A DNA stretch of 64,000 nt from Candidatus Woesearchaeota archaeon (GTDB taxonomy: Archaea > Nanobdellota > Nanobdellia > SCGC-AAA011-G17 > UBA489). The notes beneath the pieces are model-generated. The model saw nothing but the letters and a program-made list of their open reading frames with translations, did not search any database and had not been told where the DNA came from. Shown piece after piece: positions 25,963 to 35,912 of this stretch. A program made the position numbers and the translations under genes. Where the stretch lies: the NCBI GenBank assembly GCA_016845225.1, contig JAERTB010000010.1, positions 12,294-76,293 on the forward strand. Direction: 5' to 3'. The first letter of the stretch is position 1; the number at the start of each line of letters is the position of its first letter.

Positions 25963-27063
25963 ATGGTATCAATAATTGGAGCTGGCCCTGTAGGGAATTA
26001 TTTGGCTGCAAAACTTGCAAAAAAAGGATTGAAAGTAGACGTATATGAAGAACATAAAAAGATAGGTGCACCTGTGGCTTGTACTGGAATACTTACTCCC
26101 TATATTAAAGATTTGATGAAAATTGATGAAAATTATATTGTTAATAAAATAAATGAAACTTATGTTTATTCTCCAGATGGAAATCAAGTTAAGATTAAAT
26201 TGAAAAAAAATTATATTGTAGATAGAACTTTATTTGATTCTGCTCTGGCAAAAATCGCTAAATCTGAAGGTGCAAAATATCATTTAGGTAAAAGGCTAAC
26301 TTCTTTGAAGTTAGGTAAACAACATAAATTAAAGTTTGGTAAAGATATCTTTAAAGATTCTACTGTCGTGGGTGCAGATGGGCCTAATACTTTAGTGGGT
26401 AGGAGTGCAGGATTATTTGAAAATAGAAAATTTGTTGCGGGCCATCAAGCAAGAGTTAAACTTAAAGAAAAAATCGATTCTAATGTTGTTGAGTTTTTTT
26501 TAGATAAGGGAAATTATATTGGGTGGCTAGTTCCAGAGACAAATAAGATTGCAAGGATAGGTGTTGCATCGCATAAAAATGTTAATAAATATTTTAATGA
26601 TTTGATGAAACGAAGAGAAGGAAAAATTTTAGGTTGGCAAAGTGGCGCAATTCCAGTCTATGATCATAAAGCCAATATTGAAAACAATGGCATTTATTTA
26701 ATTGGAGATGCTGCAACACAAGTTAAGGCTACAACTTATGGAGGGATAATTCCTGGAATGAAGGCTGCAGATGTTTTAACAGATGTTATTTCTGAAAATA
26801 AATCTGAAGGCTGTTATCAAAAAGGTGTAAAAAATACAATTGGAAAGAATTTATGGTCACACTTGATTATTAGAAAAATTATGAATAGATTTTCTAAAGA
26901 AGATTATAATAAGTTGATTAAATTATGCGAAAAAAAGAGTGTAAAAGATTTGATTTACAAATATGATAGAGAATATGCTTCTAAATTAGTGTTCAAATTG
27001 TTGATTAATCAACCGAAGTTTGCAAGTTTTGCAAAATGTCTATTCAGAAAAGAGATTATTTAG
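25963..27063 (+). CDS. geranylgeranyl reductase family flavoprotein
   Basis: IIGAGPVG, PVACTG, VDRTLFD, VGADG, LIGDAA; start moved to ATG 25963. Confidence 0.88.
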   Translation: MVSIIGAGPVGNYLAAKLAKKGLKVDVYEEHKKIGAPVACTGILTPYIKDLMKIDENYIVNKINETYVYSPDGNQVKIKLKKNYIVDRTLFDSALAKIAKSEGAKYHLGKRLTSLKLGKQHKLKFGKDIFKDSTVVGADGPNTLVGRSAGLFENRKFVAGHQARVKLKEKIDSNVVEFFLDKGNYIGWLVPETNKIARIGVASHKNVNKYFNDLMKRREGKILGWQSGAIPVYDHKANIENNGIYLIGDAATQVKATTYGGIIPGMKAADVLTDVISENKSEGCYQKGVKNTIGKNLWSHLIIRKIMNRFSKEDYNKLIKLCEKKSVKDLIYKYDREYASKLVFKLLINQPKFASFAKCLFRKEII

Positions 27064-27775
27064 TCTCTTTTTCTGAATTTGTTCCTTTAGTTTCTTCAGA
27101 GGTTTTCTTTTTTGGAAGTCTTGAAATTCCATACCCTGCTGCTAATGCTGCAAAGATGCCTAATGCATATAATCCATTAGTTGAATTTCCTTCTTCAGAT
27201 CTAAGAACTTGATGTTCTTGGTCTGCGTAAATTCCTTGTCTTCCATTTAATCTGATTGTTAAATCGTCATCTGTTCCAACGTAATGTCCTTTAATTTTTC
27301 CATTTTCTAAGAATGGAACCCATCTTTCTGTTGGATTTTTTTCAGATATAAGATATAGCTGACTTTCATCTAAAATTACGTTTCCATTATCTTCTACAAT
27401 ATAATCAATTGTTCCAGAAGTAATTCCTTGTCTTGTCACTGGAGATAATAGATTTCTTTGTACTCTTGGTGTAGTTGCAGAACTTAAGTTATTTTGATTA
27501 GTTTTTTGTTGAGTATTTGGAGTTACTGAAATTGTTGCTGGTTGTTGTGGTGCAGTTTGATATGTTGCACTCCTTATACTAACTTCTGGAGATGTCCAGT
27601 AGTTTGCTTCAGCCGCTTCAGCCCCATTAATATGTGTTGCTCCATAAAGTGCTAATCCTGCAATTCCTGCTAATATAATCTCTTTTGCGGTTTTTGGTAA
27701 CTCGCTTAATTTTTTAGTACAATTCACAGTACTCTCTACTATTTCTTCCATGCTTTTTGGTTTTTCGTTTGACAT
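27056..27775 (-). CDS. membrane/secreted protein, paralog A of divergent pair
   Basis: PKTAKEIILAGIAGLALYGATH...EANYW leader; C-terminal TM plus basic tail. Confidence 0.8.
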   Translation of the reverse strand: MSNEKPKSMEEIVESTVNCTKKLSELPKTAKEIILAGIAGLALYGATHINGAEAAEANYWTSPEVSIRSATYQTAPQQPATISVTPNTQQKTNQNNLSSATTPRVQRNLLSPVTRQGITSGTIDYIVEDNGNVILDESQLYLISEKNPTERWVPFLENGKIKGHYVGTDDDLTIRLNGRQGIYADQEHQVLRSEEGNSTNGLYALGIFAALAAGYGISRLPKKKTSEETKGTNSEKETK

Positions 27776-27926
27776 TTTAATTATATATCCTCCAATAGTT
27801 ATTTTGTAGTTTCTTTATTTATAAGAGTTTCTATCTGTAGTTACTAACTAGTAGTCATTGTATCTGACTAGTTTTGTCTAAAAATGCTTAAATAGCCTAA
27901 TTGGCTCTGAATTTTAGGTTTTAAAT

Positions 27927-28580
27927 ATGTCTGAGAATAATGAGCCCTCTACAATGGCAGATATTGTTAGAGGGATCGGCGATGTTGCTAGGGAAATGTC
28001 TAAATGGCCAAAAACTCTGAAGGAAATATGTCTTGCAGGTTTAGCTGGACTGTGTTTGTATGGTGCTACCCATCTTGGAAAAGAAGAAGAGTATACTGAA
28101 GCAAATTATTGGAATTCTGATGAAGTTAGAAGTTCTGTTTATGGTTCTGGATCTAGTGGAAATAAACTTGGATATTCTGCTGAAAATAATCGGGAAGGAC
28201 TTACTGGAATTATTCAAGAGTTTTATGCTTCAGATTTAGAAAACACAATTAATCTTGCAGGAACAATGCATGATGTTGGAGGAATGGCTGCAGCTGTCGC
28301 AATCGGAGGTTCAAAGTATCTTGGTGTTCCTGGACTGGTTGGCGCTTATGGAGTGATGATGGTGCCAGAAATTGTTAATTACTTTAGTGATAATTATAAT
28401 TTTTCAGAATTTAGTGGTGAAGCAGGAAAAGATGTTTTATGTTTATTAGGTGCTTATTGTGTTGGCAAAGTTATTGGGCTTTTTTCTACTAATGAAAATA
28501 CTCAAAAAATAACAAAATCCAATAAAACCACAAAAAATTCTAATAAAAAGAAGTGGACGCCTTGGTATGAAAGAGAGTAG
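27927..28580 (+). CDS. membrane/secreted protein, paralog B of divergent pair
   Basis: PKTLKEICLAGLAGLCLYGATH...EANYW leader; Gly-rich hydrophobic C-terminal helices. Confidence 0.8.
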   Translation: MSENNEPSTMADIVRGIGDVAREMSKWPKTLKEICLAGLAGLCLYGATHLGKEEEYTEANYWNSDEVRSSVYGSGSSGNKLGYSAENNREGLTGIIQEFYASDLENTINLAGTMHDVGGMAAAVAIGGSKYLGVPGLVGAYGVMMVPEIVNYFSDNYNFSEFSGEAGKDVLCLLGAYCVGKVIGLFSTNENTQKITKSNKTTKNSNKKKWTPWYERE

Positions 28581-28640
28581 TTCATTAGCAAGATTTAAAT
28601 AATGTTGTAGCCTATTTAAATCTCAGAGGTGTAATGAATT

Positions 28641-29855
28641 ATGGTTGTTAAAAGGAGATTATTTTCTAAAAAAGGACAAGCGGAAAATGCTGCTTCTTTA
28701 GTTTTGATTATTGGGGTATTTATTATTGCATATTTGGTTTTAATGCCTGTAGAAGATAAAAGAGAAATGATGGGAGAATCTCCATTGCCTTCTCAAACAA
28801 ATTTGCCTCCTCTTGGACAAGGATATGGTAATTCATTGAAAGTAGGTAATTTATTAAGTGAAAGTCCTGGTCTAATGGATCCAATTTTAGAAACAATAAC
28901 TCAAACAAATTTGGCAAGTGTGGATTTGTTCTCCGTTGAAAGTCAAAGTTTTGAAAATATTGCAACCAATATTCATTTAGAAAATAGTTTAGTTTCAGAA
29001 GATGAAGCAGAGTTTACATTTGTTTTGGATGATTTGAATAATTTAGAAGATGTTAGATTATTATTCTTTGTTTTAGATTATAAGGGAGAGTTAGAAGTTA
29101 AATTGAATGGTGTGAAAGTTCTTAGTGGGGAAATTACAAGCGATGTGCTTCCAATTACACTTCCTCGTTCTTTGCTTGGTAGAATTAATAGACTTAGTTT
29201 TGAAGTTGAAGGTCCAAATGTTTTCCAATTTATGACTGTTAATTACTATGAATTAAAAGATGTAATGCTGGTTAAAAATTATTTAGTAGAAAATAATGCA
29301 GAATTTAGACAATTTGTTTTAACAGAAGATGAATTAAAAAATATGAATCATGCGTCATTGGTTTATAGGCTTAATTGTATGTCTTTAAATTATCAAGGAA
29401 GAATTATGGTTAAACTAAATGGAAGGGTTGTTCAAAATTCTTTAGCAGTTTGTGATGCAGGATTTACTGAAATTGATTTTAGCTTGGCAGAACTGGTTGA
29501 AGGAAGAAATATTCTTGAATTTGGAGTGGATCAAGGACATTATGTTATGGAAAATTTAGCTGTTGAATCAGATTATAGTTCCCAAGAATATCCTAGATAT
29601 TATTTTTCAGTTCAAGTTGAAACCATGAAAGATATTTTTGATGGCGATGATATAACTTTGCAATCTAATTTTGAAAATGATGGGAAAAGAAAATCAGGAA
29701 CCTTTTATGTGAATGGATATCCTATTTATTTTGATACTTACACTTCAGAGTTTACAGCAGATTTGAATGGTTTGATTTATGAAGGTCAAAATGTAATTTC
29801 AATTATTCCTGAAACTAAGTTTGAAATGTTAAACTTGAATGTATTTATGGAATAG
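28641..29855 (+). CDS. large pilin-like protein with repeated beta-sandwich domains
   Basis: KKG/QAENA followed by hydrophobic helix; three repeats of (V/F)xxNG...G(R/Q)N-type motifs. Confidence 0.8.
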   Translation: MVVKRRLFSKKGQAENAASLVLIIGVFIIAYLVLMPVEDKREMMGESPLPSQTNLPPLGQGYGNSLKVGNLLSESPGLMDPILETITQTNLASVDLFSVESQSFENIATNIHLENSLVSEDEAEFTFVLDDLNNLEDVRLLFFVLDYKGELEVKLNGVKVLSGEITSDVLPITLPRSLLGRINRLSFEVEGPNVFQFMTVNYYELKDVMLVKNYLVENNAEFRQFVLTEDELKNMNHASLVYRLNCMSLNYQGRIMVKLNGRVVQNSLAVCDAGFTEIDFSLAELVEGRNILEFGVDQGHYVMENLAVESDYSSQEYPRYYFSVQVETMKDIFDGDDITLQSNFENDGKRKSGTFYVNGYPIYFDTYTSEFTADLNGLIYEGQNVISIIPETKFEMLNLNVFME

Positions 29856-29864
29856 GTGTTTTGA

Positions 29865-31346
29865 ATGAGTGAATCTAATAAAAATAATTCTAAATCTTCC
29901 TTTGGTTATTCTTCTAGTGGGAAAAGTTCTTCAAAGTTAGATGGTGGGACAATTTTCAAAATTCTTTTTTTTGGTGGTTTGGGAATCGCCGGTCAATTTA
30001 TTGTAAATTTGGGTTGGTGGATTTGGATTCCTATCGGATTGTTATTGATTTTTACTATACTTAGGGCAATAATTCCTCCTGCCGCATATGATTTGATTAA
30101 ATCTATTTTTCTATGGGTTTCATTTGGAATTATTATTCTTTATGTGATTTATTTTGGAAAGGCTGCATACCAAAGCGGTGCATGGAAAGGTGGAACTACT
30201 GTATTGGAAGAATCTGGAGTCGATAAAGCTGCAAAATCTACTGGCGGTGGATTAATGGATTATATCAGAAATCCTCAAAAATTATTTTATGATTATTATT
30301 CATGGGATAGCCCAAAATCTACTGAAAAAAAAGAAATGAAGGGTATTGAATTTTTTGGAGTGGAGACGAGAAGAGATGAATTCAAGGAAGGGATGAACAT
30401 TATAGTTACTGGGACTGCAAAAGTTTCTGCAATGAAAGACAAAGATACGATTGTTAGTTTTGGATGTGGGTTTGATGAAGAAGATTTTGATGAAAAGATA
30501 AAAAATGAAAATTATAATCCTAAAGGATTGTTAAAACTTAGAGGGATAGAAGGAAATTCTATTACTGTATATGCTGGAAGAAATGAAGTTGTGGATTTTG
30601 TATGTGAACTTAAAGGAGTAGATTTAGATTTGGGTGATAGTGGAATAACTGATGAAGATAAGAGAAAAGATGAAATTGAAGATATTAGAACTTTTGTTGT
30701 AAGTATAGAAGGAGTTTATAGTGATTTTGTTACCACTAGTTTACTTAAAGTATATAATCTTCAAAGAGAAAAGTTAAATCAAATGAAGAATCCTTTTGAA
30801 GATGTTAAAGAACCATTACTTGATTCAAATTTTAAAATGAGAGGCCAATGTTTGTCTGGATGTGGGTTAACAAGATTAGCATTAAAAACATCTAAACAAC
30901 CTCAGACAGAAGTAGGATCATACTCTCTTAGTATGAGTTTAAGAAAAGATGCAGACTGGTACGGAGATATCAAAGAAGTTAAGAGCTTAGAAGTAATGAC
31001 GCCTCAAAATTTTGAATTAATTGCATGTGAAAACTTTGGAGGAGATGCAATTTTTGATGATGCAGATAGTCCTTATTTTGAAACATTGAATGAAAAAATT
31101 AAAGATGATTACGGTACAGCTTCAGATTATGCATTTTATTGTGATTACAGAATTTCAAGACCAAGAGTATTTATTGGATTTGATGAATTTATGGTCAAGG
31201 CAACTTATGATTATTTAGTGACTACAAAGAAAACAATTAATATAATAGAAACAAGAGATTTGCAAGGAATAAACAATATTGCTCAGAGCGACGGCATTGT
31301 TCCTGATTTTGAAGATTATGAAGAGGCAAATTATTATGAGGTTTAA
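29865..31346 (+). CDS. membrane-anchored extracellular beta-rich protein
   Basis: Three N-terminal TM segments; C-terminal ATYDY strand like the two downstream lipoproteins. Confidence 0.8.
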   Translation: MSESNKNNSKSSFGYSSSGKSSSKLDGGTIFKILFFGGLGIAGQFIVNLGWWIWIPIGLLLIFTILRAIIPPAAYDLIKSIFLWVSFGIIILYVIYFGKAAYQSGAWKGGTTVLEESGVDKAAKSTGGGLMDYIRNPQKLFYDYYSWDSPKSTEKKEMKGIEFFGVETRRDEFKEGMNIIVTGTAKVSAMKDKDTIVSFGCGFDEEDFDEKIKNENYNPKGLLKLRGIEGNSITVYAGRNEVVDFVCELKGVDLDLGDSGITDEDKRKDEIEDIRTFVVSIEGVYSDFVTTSLLKVYNLQREKLNQMKNPFEDVKEPLLDSNFKMRGQCLSGCGLTRLALKTSKQPQTEVGSYSLSMSLRKDADWYGDIKEVKSLEVMTPQNFELIACENFGGDAIFDDADSPYFETLNEKIKDDYGTASDYAFYCDYRISRPRVFIGFDEFMVKATYDYLVTTKKTINIIETRDLQGINNIAQSDGIVPDFEDYEEANYYEV

Positions 31347-32301
31347 AGAGATTCAAATCGGAATTTTAGTTTTATCATTGCTAATCCTTACAGGTTGCGA
31401 TGCACAATTACCTTTTACAGAGGGAATTCAAAAAGATGCCTCTCCTACAAGTATTGGCAGTTCCAAAAGGGGAGTAGTTCTTGAATTCCAACAAGGCAAG
31501 CCTCAGAATGAAATCTTTGGAGATTTTTTAGTTGGTTTGGATATTGCTAATTATATGGATGAAGCTGTTTCTGTAACTGTTGATGTGTGGGATGTTAGCC
31601 CTTTACAAGGATTTACAGACAAGGAAGGAGTTTCTTATTTCCTTGAACCTGCGATATATGATCTTGGCAAATTTTATAGTCCCTTTGTTGAAAAATATAA
31701 TCTAGGCATGTTTAATTATCAAAATGTAAAGGCGGGAGATTACACTCAATTTTTAGCAGAATTAACTTATGGTGTTAATGCAGATGTAGATGTTAATTTT
31801 TGTATTACTAATCCAGATTATGAAAAAGATTCTTCTTGTCCATTAAGTGAAACTTTATCTGGTTCAAAATTGGGAGATAAAAATTCAAAATATCCTGTAA
31901 CTATTAAGAGTATAAAAAAATCAATTTACGGTGCTGATGAAAGTTCAGTATTTCTTAATCTAGATATAGCAATTTCAAATGAAGGTAAAGGTGAATTAGT
32001 AAATTCTCTTGGAGAAAGTATCTTCGATGACGAAATTGTGAACTTTAATATTTATGCTTTATCTGATTCTTTAGAATTTACTTGCAGATCTGATGAATCT
32101 GTGGATCATTATGGGGAGTTTGATTCCGATGTTAAATCTCTTCCAATGAATTTGAAGTTAAGAAGATCAGGTTCAACAAAAGTTACATGCACTTCTACTG
32201 TATCTATCGATGAACCTATTAAAGATATGCGAATAAAAATTACTACAGATTATGATTATTCCTATAAAACTGCTACACGCAAGATTGAGGTGAAAGGTTA
32301 G
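31336..32301 (+). CDS. putative lipoprotein
   Basis: Start moved to ATG 31336; lipobox-like LILTGC; paralog of the next gene. Confidence 0.8.
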   Translation: MRFKEIQIGILVLSLLILTGCDAQLPFTEGIQKDASPTSIGSSKRGVVLEFQQGKPQNEIFGDFLVGLDIANYMDEAVSVTVDVWDVSPLQGFTDKEGVSYFLEPAIYDLGKFYSPFVEKYNLGMFNYQNVKAGDYTQFLAELTYGVNADVDVNFCITNPDYEKDSSCPLSETLSGSKLGDKNSKYPVTIKSIKKSIYGADESSVFLNLDIAISNEGKGELVNSLGESIFDDEIVNFNIYALSDSLEFTCRSDESVDHYGEFDSDVKSLPMNLKLRRSGSTKVTCTSTVSIDEPIKDMRIKITTDYDYSYKTATRKIEVKG

Positions 32302-32333
32302 TTTTTTAAATAAAGCAAACTAAGAAATTAAAG

Positions 32334-33290
32334 ATGGTGAGTAATAAAGGAAGGTTAATTTCAGTATTTTTTATATTAGTTGTTGCTTTGTTCTTAACTG
32401 GATGTGAGCAAGTAGAAGAAACTACAACTTTAGAGGGCCCATATGTTGGTGGATCCGATGGTTTGAAATTTTCATTTCAAGAATATGAACCTCCTCAAAC
32501 AGTTTTAGACGATTCTCAAGAAGATTTTTTCATTACATTAGTTGTAAAAAATATGGGAGAATATACAATCCCTGAAGAAGGAATTATTGCTTCATTGAGC
32601 GGCATTGATGCAAATGCATTTGGATTAAATTCATTGAATACAGTTAGCGAAATTCCTGTTACAGGCGTTGCAAATGATCAAGGATATTTTATTGAAGGTG
32701 GAGAAGAGTTATTAGAGTTTGACGAAGCAGAATATGTTAATGATGTTGCTGCTAGTTTTGATGTAACTTTAAGAGCAGATGTTTGTTATGAATATGAAAC
32801 TGAAGCTTTAGCGCATTTATGTTTGAAGGAAAATGTAGTTAAAAAATCAATTGAAGATGTTTGCGAAACAAACAATCCTGAGTTAGGAGTTTACAATTCT
32901 GGAGCACCAATACAAGTATCTGGATTAAGACAGAAAGCAGTTGGAGCAAATAGAGTTCAAATAGTATTTACTGTTCAAAATGTTGGAGGAGGATTAGTTT
33001 ACCTTCCAGAAACATTCACTGAATCCTGTAAGGGAATGGACGATAATATTGATAAATTAAAGGTTACATTAAGAAATCCTCAAGATAATTTTGAAGCAGA
33101 ATGTAGTGCATTCGGAAAATCTGCTAGTGGAGAATTAAGATTAGTTAATGATAGAAAAGAGATTACTTGTAACATTGATACTACTGATTTACAAGAAGTG
33201 AGTTATCAAGATTTATTGATAATTGACTTAGAATATATGTACAGAGACCATGTTAGAACTGCTTTAACAGTACAAAACGCTCTTACTTAA
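32334..33290 (+). CDS. putative lipoprotein
   Basis: Lipobox-like LFLTGC; ADVCYEYET, NSGAPIQV, LEYMY motifs. Confidence 0.8.
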   Translation: MVSNKGRLISVFFILVVALFLTGCEQVEETTTLEGPYVGGSDGLKFSFQEYEPPQTVLDDSQEDFFITLVVKNMGEYTIPEEGIIASLSGIDANAFGLNSLNTVSEIPVTGVANDQGYFIEGGEELLEFDEAEYVNDVAASFDVTLRADVCYEYETEALAHLCLKENVVKKSIEDVCETNNPELGVYNSGAPIQVSGLRQKAVGANRVQIVFTVQNVGGGLVYLPETFTESCKGMDDNIDKLKVTLRNPQDNFEAECSAFGKSASGELRLVNDRKEITCNIDTTDLQEVSYQDLLIIDLEYMYRDHVRTALTVQNALT

Positions 33291-33320
33291 TCTTATAAAT
33301 TCTAGTTTCTTTTGTTTTTT

Positions 33321-33881
33321 ATGTCTATTAGTTTGAAGATTTTGAAGAAAAAGTATTCTGGTTGTAGACAGTGTCAGGAATTAGTTAAAAATCGGTCTTC
33401 AGTGGTGTTTGGATCTAAACATATGAATGCTTCTAAGGTTCTCATTATTGGTGAGGCTCCTGGGAAAAAGGAAGATGAATTGGAAGTTCCTTTTGTGGGA
33501 AGAAGTGGAGAAATTCTTAATGGATTTTTAGAAGAAATTGGGTTGTCAAGAGATGAAGTTTTTATTACAAATACTATTTTGTGTAGGCCTCCAAAAAATA
33601 GAAATCCAAAAATACAAGAGTTGAAAAATTGTAAGACCAGACTTAATGAGTGTATTAAATTAGTTGATCCAGAAGTTATAATTACCTTAGGTAATTTTTC
33701 TACACAATATTTGCTCAACACTAAAGAAGGGATTACTATGCTAAGAGGTAAAATCTATGAAAAGGAAGGATATAAAATTTTGCCCATGTTGCATCCTGCA
33801 AATTTATTATATAACGGAATGTCTAAAAAGTTAGTTAAACAATTTAGATCAGATTTTAAAAAAGTAAAACAATTGATTTAA
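33321..33881 (+). CDS. udg: uracil-DNA glycosylase, family 4
   Basis: CRQC, IGEAPG, PFVGRSG, TNTILCRPP, HPA. Confidence 0.95.
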   Translation: MSISLKILKKKYSGCRQCQELVKNRSSVVFGSKHMNASKVLIIGEAPGKKEDELEVPFVGRSGEILNGFLEEIGLSRDEVFITNTILCRPPKNRNPKIQELKNCKTRLNECIKLVDPEVIITLGNFSTQYLLNTKEGITMLRGKIYEKEGYKILPMLHPANLLYNGMSKKLVKQFRSDFKKVKQLI

Positions 33882-34675
33882 CCGATATAGTGGTGTGTTT
33901 TTCCATTTGTTTCTTCTGGAATGTTTTTTGTTTTCTTAGTTCTTTTTTTAATTTTAATATTTTTTTTCTTTGTAGGAGTTTTACTTTTAGGAACATTTAT
34001 TTCTAAATCCTTATCTATCTTTTTTTCTTTCAATTTTAATTCTAATTTTTTGTTAAGGTGTTTGATTATTTTCTTTGCTTCTTTTATTCCAATGTATCCC
34101 GGACTTTCAAAAGTTTCTGCTAGTAGGGTTATTGCAGGAATTTTTCTTGTGCCTGCTAATCCTGGTAAAAGGCCCGTTACTCCAACAATTGGACCAATAA
34201 TTTCATGAAGTTCTTTTTTAGGTTTAGCTCCTGCACTATATTTTTTTAATATTTTTGGATTATTTGCTGCAAAATATATTGATGGATCCTTTGGAACTTC
34301 TTGAAGAGCTATTCCACCTAAAGTAATGATCTCTTTTCCCTTTGATTTTTCAAACGTGTCTAATATTTGATTACAAAATCTATGACAGGATGTTTCATTT
34401 GTAGGTTGAATATCTCCTGAAAGTAATAAAATTTGTTTTTTATTTATTGTTGCTAAGTATAACTCTATGTTTGGAAGCTCAATTAAATTGTCTTCATTTA
34501 CGAAAACATAGTGAGGTAAATCTTCTGAACTAAGTTCTAAGATTTTCTTTGCTTTTAATGCATCAATCAAATATTCTACTGTAATTTTTCCTACGTTTCC
34601 AACTCCAGGAAGTCCTTCTATTAACGTAGGGTTTTTTATTTTAGTTTTTGAAACTGTATTTATTTTCCAACTCAT
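33878..34675 (-). CDS. proteasome assembly chaperone (PAC2 family)
   Basis: IEGLPGVGNVGK, GDIQP, ITLGG; conserved position after nop10. Confidence 0.9.
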   Translation of the reverse strand: MSWKINTVSKTKIKNPTLIEGLPGVGNVGKITVEYLIDALKAKKILELSSEDLPHYVFVNEDNLIELPNIELYLATINKKQILLLSGDIQPTNETSCHRFCNQILDTFEKSKGKEIITLGGIALQEVPKDPSIYFAANNPKILKKYSAGAKPKKELHEIIGPIVGVTGLLPGLAGTRKIPAITLLAETFESPGYIGIKEAKKIIKHLNKKLELKLKEKKIDKDLEINVPKSKTPTKKKNIKIKKRTKKTKNIPEETNGKTHHYIG

Positions 34676-34842
34676 TTTAATTGTCCTTTTTCTATTTTTG
34701 CTAATCTTCTATAGTGGCCGTATTTATCTTCCGGACTGTATTTTGCAGGTTTATTTGTATATGTTTTAGAACCGCATTTTTTACATTCCTTTTCTAATGT
34801 ATATGTATCACACTCTAAACATTTTAGAATTTCTGTTTTCAT
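34672..34842 (-). CDS. nop10: H/ACA RNP protein Nop10
   Basis: Manual translation MKTEILKCLECDTYTLEKECKKCG...PAKYSPEDKYGHYRR; ATGA overlaps with both neighbours. Confidence 0.93.
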   Translation of the reverse strand: MKTEILKCLECDTYTLEKECKKCGSKTYTNKPAKYSPEDKYGHYRRLAKIEKGQLK

Positions 34843-35636
34843 TTCTTAACTTTATGAACTTTTAGTTCCCCTTTTGCCTTTTTTATTTCTTTTTCAATTA
34901 CTTCAATGATCTCTTCAGTTTGAGCTTCAATCTCTTTTGGGTTTGGAGATGTAACAGATAATAGATAATTTGGAGCAGATACATAAGTTAGAGTTAAATT
35001 ATATTTTTTTTCTTTAGCGTATTTATTTGCTTTTTCTAAAGATTTTTTAATAATCTCAATTCCCTCTCCTGAAGGACAGGTGATTTCTAAATTTTTTGTT
35101 TCTTTGATTTCTTTTGGTTTTAATCTAACCTTAATTGTTTCTTCTAAAGATTTTGCTAATTTTTTATCTATGCCTACTTCTTCTAGGGGACTTTCATCTA
35201 ATTCTTCTGCAACTGTTTGAAATGCCTCTGAAATTGATTCATAAGTTCCTTTAATTTTTTCATTAATTAGCTTGTATGTTTTATCTACATCTAGTTTTAA
35301 TTGTTTTGCACTGGATTCAATTATCTTAAGACATTTGTCTCTTAGCTTATCTTCTTTTATTTTGTTTAATTTTTGTCCAGTGGTTACTCTTCTTAGAGAC
35401 AAATCTAGGTTTCCATATCTTTCATTTTTTCTTAGAACTTTGCAAATAATTTTTTTGTTTTCTTTTACAAAATCTCTTATGGTTCTGATTCTTCCTGGAG
35501 AAATTTCTGAGATATGGATAATTCCTTCTTGCTCATACTCATCAAGCTTAACAAAAACAGTGGTTTTTAATATCTTTTTTACTGTACATGCAACAATCTC
35601 CCCTTCACTAGGGAAGCCTGATTTCTTTTGATGCAT
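34839..35636 (-). CDS. eif2a: translation initiation factor aIF-2 alpha
   Basis: S1 domain (EGIIHISEIS, DLSLRRV), YVSAPNY; canonical operon context. Confidence 0.95.
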   Translation of the reverse strand: MHQKKSGFPSEGEIVACTVKKILKTTVFVKLDEYEQEGIIHISEISPGRIRTIRDFVKENKKIICKVLRKNERYGNLDLSLRRVTTGQKLNKIKEDKLRDKCLKIIESSAKQLKLDVDKTYKLINEKIKGTYESISEAFQTVAEELDESPLEEVGIDKKLAKSLEETIKVRLKPKEIKETKNLEITCPSGEGIEIIKKSLEKANKYAKEKKYNLTLTYVSAPNYLLSVTSPNPKEIEAQTEEIIEVIEKEIKKAKGELKVHKVKK

Positions 35637-35824
35637 TAGGTTAATACCTCAAGAATTCTAGCCTTAATAATTCCTTTTCCGCTACTTGGTTCTGCAAGAA
35701 CTTTTCCACAAACTGTACAAATTACATTTGTTGAAGGTTTTCCAAAAATTACTTGGTCATTCTTACATTTTGAGCAACATACTTTTATGAATTTGCTTTT
35801 TGGTTCTTTGATTAATTCTGTCAT
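35636..35824 (-). CDS. rps27e: 30S ribosomal protein S27e
   Basis: PKSKFIKVCCSKC...CTVCG...PSSGK. Confidence 0.95.
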   Translation of the reverse strand: MTELIKEPKSKFIKVCCSKCKNDQVIFGKPSTNVICTVCGKVLAEPSSGKGIIKARILEVLT

Positions 35825-35912
35825 TTTATGGTTTTTCTTCCACTTTTCTTTATAAATTTTGTCTTTTGATGCTCCATAATGTTTAAATATGAGTTTATTT
35901 ATAAATTGAGTG

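Noticed and set aside
965-31335. Long N-terminal extensions given by the ORF track (965, 5899, 23942, 25888, 31279)
   Set aside because: They overlap neighbouring genes or promoters; downstream ATGs fit family N-termini and TATA spacing better.
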